Of a DNA stretch of 64,000 nt, positions 19,760 to 30,248 are shown piece by piece; within the stretch, counting starts at the first letter, position 1; every line of letters begins with the position of its first letter. Source of the stretch: an uncultured Gemmatimonadales bacterium (GTDB lineage: Bacteria > Gemmatimonadota > Gemmatimonadetes > Gemmatimonadales > GWC2-71-9). The stretch covers positions 1,536,001-1,600,000 of the forward strand of contig CAVUAK010000001.1 of assembly GCA_963739455.1 (NCBI GenBank), written 5' to 3'. The notes under the pieces were generated by a model. The model made no database searches. It was not told the DNA's origin and saw nothing but the letters and a program-made list of their open reading frames with translations. Made by a program: the position numbers and the translations under genes.

Positions 19760-20997
19760 GGGGCGCTCGAGATCGAGGTGGTGGAACGACGGCGGTCGAT
19801 TGTTGCCTCACACGCCGTCGCGAACGCGGAGGAGATGCTTGTCCAAGAGAAATGCTGCCGGACGTACGCCGTCGCGTGGGCGGCAAGTTCATTCGCCGTG
19901 ACACGGTTTCGGAGAAGCGAGATGCATGCCGCCGCCTGTTCTTCCGGGCTGTCGGCGCGCAGGAAATGCCGCCCGTCCTCCACCGGTAGGCCCTCGGCGC
20001 CGATGGCTGTGGATACCACGGGGCAGCCCATGGCCATGGCTTCAAAGATCTTGAGTCTGGTGCCGCCGCCAACACGCAGTGGCACCGCCATCAACGCCGC
20101 GGAGGCTAAATACGGTCGTACGTCGGGCACCGAGCCGGTTACCTCAACTCCCGGATGGCGGTCGGCAAGGCGTTGCACCCTCGTCCCGGGCCTTCGCCCG
20201 ACGATCTGGAAGCGCGCACCCGGGACTTCGGACTGGATCAACGGGAGGACGTCCTCGGCGAAATGCTCCACCGCGTCCTCATTGGGCATCCAGTCCATCG
20301 ACCCCACGAAGACAATGGCGTTTGCCTGTCTATCGGTACCCGGCTCCGGCCGGAAGTAGTCAGTATCGACGCCAGTGGCGACAGTTGACACGCTTGCCGT
20401 GCCGTACTGCTTCGTGAAGTACTCAGCATCCACGTCCGAGACCGCGACGACATGATCGAAGCGGCGGCAAGTTTCACCCTCGAAGCGGGCCATGCGCCGC
20501 CACTGCTGCTCAAAAAATGCTCCCCGCAGCCGGCTTCCCGGCACCTCCGCATGCCGGCGCCATATTTCCGCCTCGACATTGTGCTGAAAGAGGACGGACG
20601 GTACACCCACTGGGTGCGCCACATTTACTGCGGGAGCGAGGAAGTCGCATACGAGGACGTCCACGCCACTGGCCGCCGTCATGCGCGCGACCGCTTCGGA
20701 AAAGCCCCGCACCTTGTAGCGCTTGAGGGCGTACGGCAATGGCGAGGCCAAGCTCCTCGCGACGTCGACCGCAAATGCTGCGGTGCCTCGCGCCGGAGGG
20801 TGGAATGGCACGCGTACTACTTGCGTAGCATACTCGGAGCTCCGAGCCAAGGCATCCGGCGCGGCTGACCCATCGTCCAGGCAGACGTAGGTCACCTCGT
20901 GCGAACGAGCCAGTCCACGCAGCATTTCGTAGGTGCGGATGCGACCACCCTTGTCGACCGGATGCAGGAGCTCCGTCTTGAGCCACAGGATGCGCAT
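19756..20997 (-). CDS. Glycosyltransferase family 4
   Basis: HNVEAEIW, FVGSMDWMPNEDA, GGGTRLKIFEAMAMG. Confidence 0.88.
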   Translation of the reverse strand: MRILWLKTELLHPVDKGGRIRTYEMLRGLARSHEVTYVCLDDGSAAPDALARSSEYATQVVRVPFHPPARGTAAFAVDVARSLASPLPYALKRYKVRGFSEAVARMTAASGVDVLVCDFLAPAVNVAHPVGVPSVLFQHNVEAEIWRRHAEVPGSRLRGAFFEQQWRRMARFEGETCRRFDHVVAVSDVDAEYFTKQYGTASVSTVATGVDTDYFRPEPGTDRQANAIVFVGSMDWMPNEDAVEHFAEDVLPLIQSEVPGARFQIVGRRPGTRVQRLADRHPGVEVTGSVPDVRPYLASAALMAVPLRVGGGTRLKIFEAMAMGCPVVSTAIGAEGLPVEDGRHFLRADSPEEQAAACISLLRNRVTANELAAHATAYVRQHFSWTSISSAFATACEATIDRRRSTTSISSAP

Positions 20998-20998
20998 C

Positions 20999-22945
20999 CT
21001 ATGCGGCCCGGGTCGTGGCGAAGGTCGCAGGGGTGCCGGCTATGTCCTCGTGCGACTCGCCGTCCAGGAAGATGCGCTGCCAGATCTCCAGGTTTGCGAG
21101 CAACCACAGGCGCTCTCCATGGTTCACGCCCCCGGAATGCTCCGCGAGAAGGGCGCGGACACTTTCGGGCCGGAAAAAGCCCCGCGCGAGCGCCCGGTCG
21201 GAGCCCACGAATTCTTCCACCCAGTCCTGATAGGGCCCACGGAACCAGCTCGCGACAGGCACCGGGAAGCCCATCTTTTTCCGGTGCAGGATGCTGTGCG
21301 GCAGGATCCCCCGCATCGCCTTCCGCAGAACAACCTTCGTCGTCGCCCCATGGATCTTGAGACGGTCTGGTAGACGCGTGGCAAACTCCACGAGGGGGTG
21401 ATCGAGGAACGGTACCCGGCTCTCGATGGAGGCGGCCATGCTCATCTGGTCCTGCTTCATCAGGAGCTCATGCAGGTAGGTGCTCGAGTCCGCATACAGC
21501 AACTGTGTGAGGAGTCCCGATCCGGCGCGGCGGGCGAGCGCCTCACGCACGGTGGCATACGGATCTACATCACCCAGCACCTCCAGCATTCCACCCGACA
21601 ACAGCCATCGCTGCCGCGCTTGCCCGAACACCGCAAAATTATCGAGGTAAAGCGCGTCGAGATCGGGCCCCAGGGCCAGGAAGGTTCGTCCCAGGCGCCT
21701 ACCCACTGGACCCTTTCGACCGGAAACCAGTCGCTGCACGGCCTCGCGGAGTGACGCGGGAGTGCCGCGCGCCCAGAGGGCCCCAAGTTCCACGTTCGCG
21801 CGTGTCACGCGGTACTTGTTGTATCCCCCCAGCGTCTCGTCACTTCCCTCGCCCGTGAGCACCACCTTTACGTGCTCGGCCGCGAGCTCAGAGACAAAAT
21901 TCAGCGCAACGCTAGACGGATGCGCGATTGGTTCGTCCTCGTGCCACAGCAGGCGCGGGACTTGGCGGAAGAACGCATCGGGCGAGACCAGCACCTCATG
22001 ATGACGAGTGCGGAACCGTGTGGCGATGAGCCTGGCGAAGGCGAGCTCGTTGGCTTCCCGCTCCTGGAAGGCGACGGAGAACGTGCGCACCGGTTCGTCC
22101 ACCATCCCACTCATCAGCGCCGTGATCGCGGCAGAGTCGATGCCCCCCGAGAGGAATGCGCCCAGCGGCGCGTCAGCCATGAGTCGCAGCCGGACGGCCT
22201 CCGTCAGTCGCGACCGGTACTCCTCCACGAGTTCGTGATCGTGATCGGGGGATGGCGCCGCCTGATGGGAAGGCAGGTCCCAGTAGCGCCGCAACTGGAG
22301 CGCGCCGTCCCGCCATACCAGCAGGTGCGCCGGCGGTAGCCGTCGTACGCCTTCGAACATCGTCTCCTCGCCCATCGTGGCTCGATTCGCGAGAAAGTCC
22401 GGGACCGCTTTCCGATTTAGCCTTGCCGTCACGAGGCCTGATGCAAGCAGGCCCTTGATCTCCGAGGAGAAGGCAAGCGATCCGTCGGCAAGGTGCGCGT
22501 AGTACAATGGCTTGACGCCGAACCGGTCGCGGGCCAGGAACAACTGACGGTCACGCCTGTCCCAGATGGCGATGGCGAACATTCCGCGAAGCAGCGAGAT
22601 GGCTGCCTGGCCGCGCAGCTCGAAGAGCCGCAGCACCGTTTCGGTATCGCACCGCGTGCGATACACCGTACCGTCGCGCTCGAGGTCCCGCTGGAGCGTC
22701 GGGTGGTTGAACACCTCCCCGTTGTATACGATGACATAGCGACCATCGTCGCTGGTCATCGGCTGGGCGCCATGCGCCACGTCAACGATGCTCAGGCGCC
22801 GATGCCCCAGACCGACCCCCTCCTCCAGGAACGACCCTTCCCCATCGGGACCGCGATGCCGCATGACGTCGCGCATCACCTCTACGTCTCGCTGGCGTAT
22901 ACTGGGGCTGCCCGCCGGCCGAACGATTCCGCAGATGCCGCACAT
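20999..22945 (-). CDS. asnB: Asparagine synthase (glutamine-hydrolysing) family amidotransferase
   Basis: MCGI N-terminus, HRGPD, RDRFGVKPLYY, LSGGIDS, TGEGSDE, ESRVPFLD. Confidence 0.92.
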   Translation of the reverse strand: MCGICGIVRPAGSPSIRQRDVEVMRDVMRHRGPDGEGSFLEEGVGLGHRRLSIVDVAHGAQPMTSDDGRYVIVYNGEVFNHPTLQRDLERDGTVYRTRCDTETVLRLFELRGQAAISLLRGMFAIAIWDRRDRQLFLARDRFGVKPLYYAHLADGSLAFSSEIKGLLASGLVTARLNRKAVPDFLANRATMGEETMFEGVRRLPPAHLLVWRDGALQLRRYWDLPSHQAAPSPDHDHELVEEYRSRLTEAVRLRLMADAPLGAFLSGGIDSAAITALMSGMVDEPVRTFSVAFQEREANELAFARLIATRFRTRHHEVLVSPDAFFRQVPRLLWHEDEPIAHPSSVALNFVSELAAEHVKVVLTGEGSDETLGGYNKYRVTRANVELGALWARGTPASLREAVQRLVSGRKGPVGRRLGRTFLALGPDLDALYLDNFAVFGQARQRWLLSGGMLEVLGDVDPYATVREALARRAGSGLLTQLLYADSSTYLHELLMKQDQMSMAASIESRVPFLDHPLVEFATRLPDRLKIHGATTKVVLRKAMRGILPHSILHRKKMGFPVPVASWFRGPYQDWVEEFVGSDRALARGFFRPESVRALLAEHSGGVNHGERLWLLANLEIWQRIFLDGESHEDIAGTPATFATTRAA

Positions 22946-25113
22946 CAGGATTGACCTCGCGCCGACGCTGGCTCACGTGTAGCCGCCCGTCTGCGCCCGC
23001 TCGACAGGAGCACCGGGTCACCGAGGACGCCGTCATGCACCGGCATCCACACCACCCGTGTCTCAGCCAGTGTCGTTTTAGGAGTCTGCCAGCCAGTCTC
23101 AGGCCCAAGATCGAGACGGCCGCTGACACTGCCCATGCGGATATCCCAGGCTACGGAGGAATCGGCAGTGTCCGCGCGGACGGCGTAGGACGGCGTGTTC
23201 GCTGCACCGAGTACAGCTAGCAGGTATCCGGTCGGCCGTTCGGGCGGACGGAGGCAGATGACGGATGTATCCTCGAATCGGCCATAAGCAGGGGAGATTT
23301 TCGTGGCAAGCACGGATAGGTCGGTGTCCGAGGTGACGGTGAAATGACGTGAGGCGTCGTTCAGCTGGACGCTGCGAGGTCCCGTGAGTGTCGCGACGAG
23401 GTCGCTTGCCAGATGCAGCCGGGCTTCGACCTGCACCGCCGAGTCGGCGCTCCACTGATCGATGACAACCCAAATGTTCTCGAGCCGCACGAAGCGACGG
23501 CGAAGCCGTACTTGGTCCGCGCCTCGAGCGTAGCCATCGTGCTCGACCTCGAGGAAATCGAAGCTGGCATCGGAATGCCATTGCACGACATGTGTCGCAG
23601 GTGTCGCGGTCCAGCGGAATGGCCCTGCAGTTGCCCCGCAGGACCGCCCTTCGACGAGCAGCACATTGTGTGCGAAAGCGGCGCGGAGCTCTTCCCGCTC
23701 GGGGCCAACGTAGCGTCCGGTGCCCGAGTCGACCACCACAATACGGTCTTCAAGCGCAAGCTCAAACGTGGTTGGGTCGGCATGAGCGTGCGCGCCAGTC
23801 AGCGCGCCATGCGGGCCCGCGTCGACCAGCATCCAGGATCCTCCCTCACCGGCGAGACGGTAGATGCCGCCTTCGGCGAAGGCTCGTGAGGGCAGGGCCG
23901 GCGCCACGGCGTACTCGCGCAGCTGTGTGAATGCACCGAGGCCAGCGACCCAGGCGACGGATGCCGGAACTGGTTGGCCCTCGCGCGGAACCTTGGCCCA
24001 GCCAAGGTCCAGGGTGGCGAGACAGATGGTGCCGCGGTGATCGGCTGGATCGGCGAGATCGACTCCGCACAATCGCCCTCCATCGTCGTCACCGATACGG
24101 GCTACGTCACCACCAGGCCTGAGGTCGTTCAGCAATGCGAGAGCGGCCGCTTCAGACCTGTTGCGGAACGCCGCCGGTATCTCCAGCCCCGCCTGCGACG
24201 CCAGCCGTAGTCCGTGAAGCAGGAAGTCCACCGTGTATCCCTGATACCACATGGTCTGCTCGAAGTAGGTGCCGTCGTCGCGCAACTGCCGCCCGGCTTC
24301 CCGAGTGAGCAGGGCGAACCCCTTCCGTGACCACCGATGCGCTTCCGGCAGGGAGGGCAGCGTGGCCCCCAGATAAAGCAGCCCGAGGGCCTCACCGGTG
24401 AGGTGGGTGTTCGGACTGAAGTAGGTGGACAGGTGGCGCTCGATATGACGACCGTGTGCACGGAGGGACCCCGCAATGACGCTCCGCTCGGCGGACGTTG
24501 GCCGCGCGACGTCGCGCAGGAGGTGGAGTGTCCAAATCCAGGCAATCGTCCGCAGGGCGAGTTCAAGACTGCTCGCCCAATTGACGCCTTGACCCTCGGG
24601 GTTGGCCCTGATCCAGTCTAGGATCGCTGTGACCGCGCCCTCGGCGTACTGCGGCTCGGCGGTAAGGCACGACGCCTGACCAAGCGTCACCATCCATTGG
24701 TGCCGATTCAGCTCCCAGGTGACCTTGTGGTCACCCATCTTCTCGAAGTCGAGAAAGGGCACTCGACTCCAGTGGACGCTGGGCCCGCGACGGCCTGAAA
24801 TCGCGTCCCGTTGCCAGTCGATTGGCATCCCGACCGGGACGTCATGGTAGCCGAGCAGGTTGAAGTGACCCCCCAGGATTCGGTCCGCGCGCTGGATGAT
24901 CTCAACGACGTGCTTCGGATCGACTTCGCGGAGAGCCGTGACGTCGGAGTGCGTGAGCGATCCAAAGGGCATGACTGGTTCATGTGCGTCGATCGCAAAC
25001 GCCCGATTCGCGCGTGCCCCAAGCGCACGCTCCAGGGCTATCCACCCCGCTTGGTGAATGCGATCCAAGAGCTCGGCCGGGCTCCGTTCGAGGAACCGCA
25101 GCGACGCCAGCAT
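22945..25113 (-). CDS. Heparinase II/III-like protein
   Basis: WELNRHQW, SPNTHL, DGTYFEQ, GDDDGG, HAHAD, AHNVL. Confidence 0.85.
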   Translation of the reverse strand: MLASLRFLERSPAELLDRIHQAGWIALERALGARANRAFAIDAHEPVMPFGSLTHSDVTALREVDPKHVVEIIQRADRILGGHFNLLGYHDVPVGMPIDWQRDAISGRRGPSVHWSRVPFLDFEKMGDHKVTWELNRHQWMVTLGQASCLTAEPQYAEGAVTAILDWIRANPEGQGVNWASSLELALRTIAWIWTLHLLRDVARPTSAERSVIAGSLRAHGRHIERHLSTYFSPNTHLTGEALGLLYLGATLPSLPEAHRWSRKGFALLTREAGRQLRDDGTYFEQTMWYQGYTVDFLLHGLRLASQAGLEIPAAFRNRSEAAALALLNDLRPGGDVARIGDDDGGRLCGVDLADPADHRGTICLATLDLGWAKVPREGQPVPASVAWVAGLGAFTQLREYAVAPALPSRAFAEGGIYRLAGEGGSWMLVDAGPHGALTGAHAHADPTTFELALEDRIVVVDSGTGRYVGPEREELRAAFAHNVLLVEGRSCGATAGPFRWTATPATHVVQWHSDASFDFLEVEHDGYARGADQVRLRRRFVRLENIWVVIDQWSADSAVQVEARLHLASDLVATLTGPRSVQLNDASRHFTVTSDTDLSVLATKISPAYGRFEDTSVICLRPPERPTGYLLAVLGAANTPSYAVRADTADSSVAWDIRMGSVSGRLDLGPETGWQTPKTTLAETRVVWMPVHDGVLGDPVLLSSGRRRAATREPASARGQS

Positions 25114-25115
25114 CG

Positions 25116-26255
25116 TTACGCCTCCACCTCGCGCCCAAGACTTTCATAGCAGGCCACCCATCGGGCCGTCGCTGCGCGTGCAGTGAAGTGCTCCAGAACC
25201 TCAGCCCGCGCGTTGTCGCTGAGCTGGAGTGCCAGCTCCGGGCAATCGAGCAGTCGGCATGCTGAGTCGGCCAGCCCACTCGCATCACCGACCGTGACGA
25301 GGAGCCCAGTGTGACCTTCGTGGACCAATGAGGGGATGCCGCCCGCGTCCGTCGACACGACTGGTAGCCCTGCGGCGAATGCCTCAAGGATCGACAGGGG
25401 GACATTATCAATCGCCGACCCGTTCAGGAAGATTTCGGACTCGCCATAGAGGCCGTCCATGTCCTCGGGACGCACCGGACCGGTGAAGCGGACGTGCCTC
25501 AAGCCGAGAGCAGTGGCTTGGTGGCGCAACTGCTCACTGAGCGAGCCATGTCCGGCGACGATCATTTGTGCGTCCGGATGGCGCGTCTGAATCAGCGCAA
25601 AGGCGGATATCACATCTGCTACGCGATACAGGGACTCATGGTTACGGTTGACGATGAAGCGCGGCTGCACAGCGGCGCGACGCCGATAAGTGACGTGCTC
25701 AATCTCGACGAAGTTGGGCGCCACTTCCGCGCGGAAACCGAAACGTGCGAATACATCAACCAGGTATCCGGACGGAACAACGATGCAATCGGCCCATCGC
25801 AGCGCGCGACGCATCAGCCACTCCCATCGGGTGAGGTGATCCTCCGCCTCGCCGCTGTGATAGTTGAGGAGAACCCGCTTCCCATGGCGCCGCGCGGCCA
25901 GCATCGCTGGCAGGGGTGCCAGTACGAATGACCAGTAGCTCGCCGAATAGGCGTGGATCACATCGTACAGGGGCACCGACTCCCGAAGGGACCAGGCATA
26001 TGCCAAGCTACGGGCCGCAGTCCGGAGGTACTTGATCCTGCCCAGCGGGGCGAGCCAGCCAGTGAGGTCTGGATCGACTGGCAGAAAGCCGGCAGAGATG
26101 GCGCCCGAAGCCTCCAAGGCCCGTCGGAGCCGCTCGAGCTGCACCGCTTGGCCGCCGAGGTAGCGCAACGACGGCCCGACCAGCAGCACCCGGAGCGGCC
26201 GGTGATCGGCGCGACCGGTCAACCCTAGTGCCCCATCTAACTGCTTGTCAAGCAT
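25116..26255 (-). CDS. Glycosyltransferase family 4
   Basis: GGQAVQ, NYHSGEA, DNVPLSILEAFAAGLPVVSTDAGGIP. Start set at MLDKQ. Confidence 0.85.
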   Translation of the reverse strand: MLDKQLDGALGLTGRADHRPLRVLLVGPSLRYLGGQAVQLERLRRALEASGAISAGFLPVDPDLTGWLAPLGRIKYLRTAARSLAYAWSLRESVPLYDVIHAYSASYWSFVLAPLPAMLAARRHGKRVLLNYHSGEAEDHLTRWEWLMRRALRWADCIVVPSGYLVDVFARFGFRAEVAPNFVEIEHVTYRRRAAVQPRFIVNRNHESLYRVADVISAFALIQTRHPDAQMIVAGHGSLSEQLRHQATALGLRHVRFTGPVRPEDMDGLYGESEIFLNGSAIDNVPLSILEAFAAGLPVVSTDAGGIPSLVHEGHTGLLVTVGDASGLADSACRLLDCPELALQLSDNARAEVLEHFTARAATARWVACYESLGREVEA

Positions 26256-26323
26256 GGTGTTGCGCACGGTGCCCTGAGAGTGGCGAAGCTGTCGTAGGGG
26301 AGCAGGAAGTGTGCCCTCCATTA

Positions 26324-27376
26324 TCAGTCCGGGGTCGCAGAGAAGCTCCACCGCGGACGCCTCGCCAGGTGCGCGAGCCCATTTACCCATGCCCGGAATG
26401 CGCCCTCGGACTGTCGCATCGTGTCAATGAAGCGCGGGAGGAGCAACTGGGGATCGCCAGGCGTGCCCAAGCCGGGCACGCAGGTTGTGGCCGTCTCAAT
26501 CCCCTCGGCTTCGAGCCAGGGAAGGAACTCCGGGCGGTGCACTCCGCTGGGATAGCAGAAATGTCTCGCGGTTGCTCCCACGTTCTGCGTGAGCCAGTTG
26601 CGGTTGTCACGAATCTCACGGCGGAAGAGCTGTTCGTCCCTGGGCGTCCGGTGACGGTGTGTGTGCAGTTCCATCGCGTGCCCGGCGGCCACAACATCTC
26701 GCATCTCAGGTCCTGTCATCAGGTGAAAAAGGCGGTCGCGTAGCAGCTCGTCGTAGTCTAGCGAGAGTCGCCCGGCCAGCTGCGCGTTCAGCGAATCCTT
26801 CTCTTCCGCCGTAAGCGCTGACCGCTCCGCGTGCGACCGAAGGGTTGCCAGTACCACGGCCCGCCCGGCCTCGGACCGAAGGCTGGCCGCGGCCTCGAGG
26901 CCCACCTCGCGCCATGACGGAAGCGTCTGGCCTCGGCCCCGCCACAGGAGGTACGAGGTAGAGGGACCGAAAACCGGTCTCTGGTAACTGGCGTAGTAGG
27001 TGCTCGCGTAGTTGGTCGCCGGATAGTTCCGCTCCGCGAGAAGTGGTAGCGCCCTTGAATGAAAATCGAAGTTCCCATCGTCAAACGTGATCACGACGGC
27101 ACGCGGTGGAAGGGTTCCTGCCCGGAGCGCCGCCGCACCCTCGTCCAGCGACATGACATTCGCGTGCTCTTCCGCCAGGATCGTCAGGCGCCGCCGCAAG
27201 AACGTCGGCGAGATGTAGAGCTCTGGCGACCACTCATGCTCGTCGCGTTGCGAGACGCCATGGTAGCAGAGCACCAGCAGGCGCTGCGTTCGCCATGAAC
27301 TCCGGCCGATTGCCCGCGTCAGGCCCACAGCTTCGCCGATGGCAAAGGCGCCAGCCTTGATCCCGCCCATCGTCAC
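26324..27376 (-). CDS. Polysaccharide deacetylase (CE4/NodB-like)
   Basis: LCYHGV, ITFDDG, HTHRH, FCYPSG, LPRF. Confidence 0.88.
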   Translation of the reverse strand: MTMGGIKAGAFAIGEAVGLTRAIGRSSWRTQRLLVLCYHGVSQRDEHEWSPELYISPTFLRRRLTILAEEHANVMSLDEGAAALRAGTLPPRAVVITFDDGNFDFHSRALPLLAERNYPATNYASTYYASYQRPVFGPSTSYLLWRGRGQTLPSWREVGLEAAASLRSEAGRAVVLATLRSHAERSALTAEEKDSLNAQLAGRLSLDYDELLRDRLFHLMTGPEMRDVVAAGHAMELHTHRHRTPRDEQLFRREIRDNRNWLTQNVGATARHFCYPSGVHRPEFLPWLEAEGIETATTCVPGLGTPGDPQLLLPRFIDTMRQSEGAFRAWVNGLAHLARRPRWSFSATPD

Positions 27377-28524
27377 GTCGATCGTTCCATCGTCGCGCCG
27401 GTCAGCCTGGCGTACACTTCGGTAAGCGTGCCGATCGTCGCCTCGGCACGATAGCGCGCGAAGGCGACCGACCGACCGGTGGATCCAAGCTTCGCTCGCA
27501 GCATCTCGTCTCCAGCCAGCTCTCCCAGCTTTCGCGCGAGTTCGGCGGCATTCCCGGAGGCGACGAGCATGCCGGTCTCGTTGTCCGTCACGGCGTCTGC
27601 GACCCCGCCTACATCAGTGGCGATTGTCGGGCGACCGGCGGCCATGGCCTCGACAAGCGTATTGGGAAATCCTTCGCTCTCCGAGGTGAGGGCGGATATC
27701 TCCAGGAACTGGTGCGGGTTTGGCTGCTGTGGCAGCTGTCCCGTGAAGTGCACGCGGTCGCTGATCCCAAGCGCCGTGGAGCGGGCCTTCAACAGTGCAT
27801 GCTGACTCCCCTCACCCACGAGAACAAGGTGCAGACGCGGATCCCCCACGGCAGCTACCGCGTCCACTAGGCGCTCAAGTCGCTTGACCGGCTCGAGCCG
27901 GGCGACAGCACCCACCGCCACGGCATTGTCGGGAACGCCCCAGGACCGTCGGACACTCAATCGCTCCTGTTCGGTGACGCTGTCGAACGCGTGATCGTCC
28001 ACGAAGTTCTCCACGACCGCGATGCGCGCGTGCGCAACCTTGTCTTCGCGCTGGAGCAGGCCTGCGACCGCGGCACTGTTCGCGATCACACGGTGCGCGA
28101 AGCGATACGCTTGCCGGTTGATGTGTATGAGGCTGGGACGGGGAGCATGATGCCACCAGCGGCGGCTCGCGATGACACCTGGAACTCCGGCAACGCGTGC
28201 AATTGGGACCGCGAACACGTTCGAGTAGATATCGTGAGCGTGAAGAATCTGGACCCGCTCTCGTACCAGGTGACGTGCAAGGCCAAGCGCACGCACGCCG
28301 GTCGATGGTTGCATGAAGCCCGTAAGCCGGAAGCGAATGACCGGAATTTCCAGTCGTTCGTATCGTGCCAGCAGCGGACCATCCGGTCCAAGTACGAGCA
28401 ATTGGACCTCTGCGCCGGTACGTTGGATTCTCTCGGCCGTTCGCACGGCGTTCAGCTCCGTGCCACCCGGGCTCAGGCTGTCGACGCAGTACGCAATTCG
28501 GAGCGGCCGTCCCGAGTCATCCAT
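27373..28524 (-). CDS. Glycosyltransferase family 4
   Basis: GGTE, LHAHD, SEGFPNTLVEAMAAGRP, TDVGG. Start set at MDDSGRP. Confidence 0.88.
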   Translation of the reverse strand: MDDSGRPLRIAYCVDSLSPGGTELNAVRTAERIQRTGAEVQLLVLGPDGPLLARYERLEIPVIRFRLTGFMQPSTGVRALGLARHLVRERVQILHAHDIYSNVFAVPIARVAGVPGVIASRRWWHHAPRPSLIHINRQAYRFAHRVIANSAAVAGLLQREDKVAHARIAVVENFVDDHAFDSVTEQERLSVRRSWGVPDNAVAVGAVARLEPVKRLERLVDAVAAVGDPRLHLVLVGEGSQHALLKARSTALGISDRVHFTGQLPQQPNPHQFLEISALTSESEGFPNTLVEAMAAGRPTIATDVGGVADAVTDNETGMLVASGNAAELARKLGELAGDEMLRAKLGSTGRSVAFARYRAEATIGTLTEVYARLTGATMERST

Positions 28525-28580
28525 CGCGCGCCTACCCGACCTTCCAGTGAAGTTAGCTCGCAAAGTCGATCCGATATATT

Positions 28581-28596
28581 GGCAAGATCGGGACCG
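28581..28596 (-). promoter_or_regulatory. Candidate sigma54 -24/-12 promoter
   Basis: Minus strand CGGTCCCGATCTTGCC (GG-N10-GC with TTGC), 57 bp upstream of the start; near-identical copy at 62296-62311. Confidence 0.55.
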
Positions 28597-28642
28597 TTTG
28601 TGAAAGCTTTGCGGCAGTGATAGAAGCCACGGAAGTTGTTGA

Positions 28643-28658
28643 CGGCACAAGGCTTGCG
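28643..28658 (+). promoter_or_regulatory. Candidate sigma54 -24/-12 promoter
   Basis: CGGCAC-aaggc-TTGCG, close to the TGGCAC-N5-TTGC consensus. Confidence 0.55.
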
Positions 28659-28756
28659 CCCACAGTCACAAATCGAACCTGAAGGTGTGTTGCGGCGTCC
28701 TCTCGCGTGGTTGGGGCCGCAACGTAACCCATGATGGGGCCGCGGAGAGTGCGTCG

Positions 28757-30088
28757 ATGAACATCCTGCTCCTCACTGAAGTCTACCCTCCGGAGCCGGT
28801 GGTAGGATCATTTCGCGCTCAAAAGGTGGCCCTCGCGCTCGCACATGCCGGTCATCGGGTCTGGGTCGTTACCAACCATGCGGGAACGGGCGATGCGCTG
28901 CCGGAGCAGGAGGGCGTCACCCTGATCAAGGCCCCCCCCCGGCGCAGCCCGATTCAGGTAGCCGCGGCACTCCGCAGTCGTTTTCGAGCATTTCGCGGTC
29001 AGGTGCGTGGACGCTCGGAGAATACTGCGACTGGTCAAATGGCCAGTCTTGGTTCTGATCAGCAGTCCGCCCGGAAGCGGAGGGGACTCGTCGCTGAGCT
29101 GTTGAGTGTACCAGACGAGGCGCAGGGGCTCATTCCGTCACAGCTCGACGCGGTCACGTCACTGGATCGCACCGATTTCGATCTGGTGTATTCAACAAGT
29201 CCAAGCCATAGCGTTCAGATCGCGGCCCTGCTCGTGGCGCGGCGGCGTCGGCTGCCTTGGATCGCGGAGTTTCGGGATCCCTGGACTGACAACCCGGAGC
29301 TTCGCCTTGCGAGCCGGAGCGGTGTGGCGCAGGGGATCAATCGTTGGCTCGAGCGCTTGGTCTTTCGCAGGGCGTCGGCCATCGTCGCCGTGACCCGCGA
29401 TGCAGGCGACCTGTTCCGGCGGAAGCTCGATGGAGGCGATGTCAATAAGGTGCTGGTGGCGCTCAATGGCATTTCCCGTGTCGCGTCGTCCCGTCCGCCG
29501 CGAGAAGAGTCCGCGCCGTTGCGGCTCGTGTATGCCGGGTCGATTTATCCGCCGCGCACCGCCGTGCCGTTCATCGAGTCCCTGGCGCGAGTGCGGGATG
29601 CAGGGTTCACCGCCCCACTCGAATTGACTTTTGTCGGCGATTGCCGGATGTACGAGGGCATCAATGTGGAGGCGTTGTGCCGGGACCTCGGCCTCGGCGA
29701 CGTCGTCCGATTCCGGGATTGGCTGCCCCAGCAGGCCGCGCAGGAGCTCGTTGGTAACGCCGACCTGCTTCTGCTGCCCGCTCAGCGATGGGTGCATCAA
29801 ATACCGAACAAGGCTTTTGACTATCTCGGTTCGCGCGTACCGGTTATCGCCCTTTGTGAACCGGACAGCGAACTCGCAAGGCTGCTCAAGGCTGTCGGAG
29901 GCCATACTGTCGTGGAGCACCTTACTGATCTGGATACCGCCCTGCTCCACTCCCTGAACCGTGCGGGTGGTTCACGGGAGACGGTTGGGGATGACGCACT
30001 GCTGGCCGAGTTGACTGTTGAACTACAGATGCGGCGAGTGGTGGGACTCGTCGAGCGCGTTGCAGGGCGTTCAGGTGTCGGCATGTGA
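28757..30088 (+). CDS. Glycosyltransferase family 4 (paralogue of 2502-3875)
   Basis: TEVYPP, EFRDPW, YAGSIY, IPNKAFDYL. Confidence 0.85.
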   Translation: MNILLLTEVYPPEPVVGSFRAQKVALALAHAGHRVWVVTNHAGTGDALPEQEGVTLIKAPPRRSPIQVAAALRSRFRAFRGQVRGRSENTATGQMASLGSDQQSARKRRGLVAELLSVPDEAQGLIPSQLDAVTSLDRTDFDLVYSTSPSHSVQIAALLVARRRRLPWIAEFRDPWTDNPELRLASRSGVAQGINRWLERLVFRRASAIVAVTRDAGDLFRRKLDGGDVNKVLVALNGISRVASSRPPREESAPLRLVYAGSIYPPRTAVPFIESLARVRDAGFTAPLELTFVGDCRMYEGINVEALCRDLGLGDVVRFRDWLPQQAAQELVGNADLLLLPAQRWVHQIPNKAFDYLGSRVPVIALCEPDSELARLLKAVGGHTVVEHLTDLDTALLHSLNRAGGSRETVGDDALLAELTVELQMRRVVGLVERVAGRSGVGM

Positions 30089-30248
30089 GGACCCGGTCCC
30101 AGTATTTTGTGTTGCATGGCTGCAACAGGCCGCGTCACTTGTCGTCGGAGTTCCACCGGGGCGTGGATCTTGAATTGACCGTTCTTGGACACCGTATTCT
30201 TGGCCTCACAGGGGGGCCAGTGATTCGCTTACATCTCGGAAACCACTC

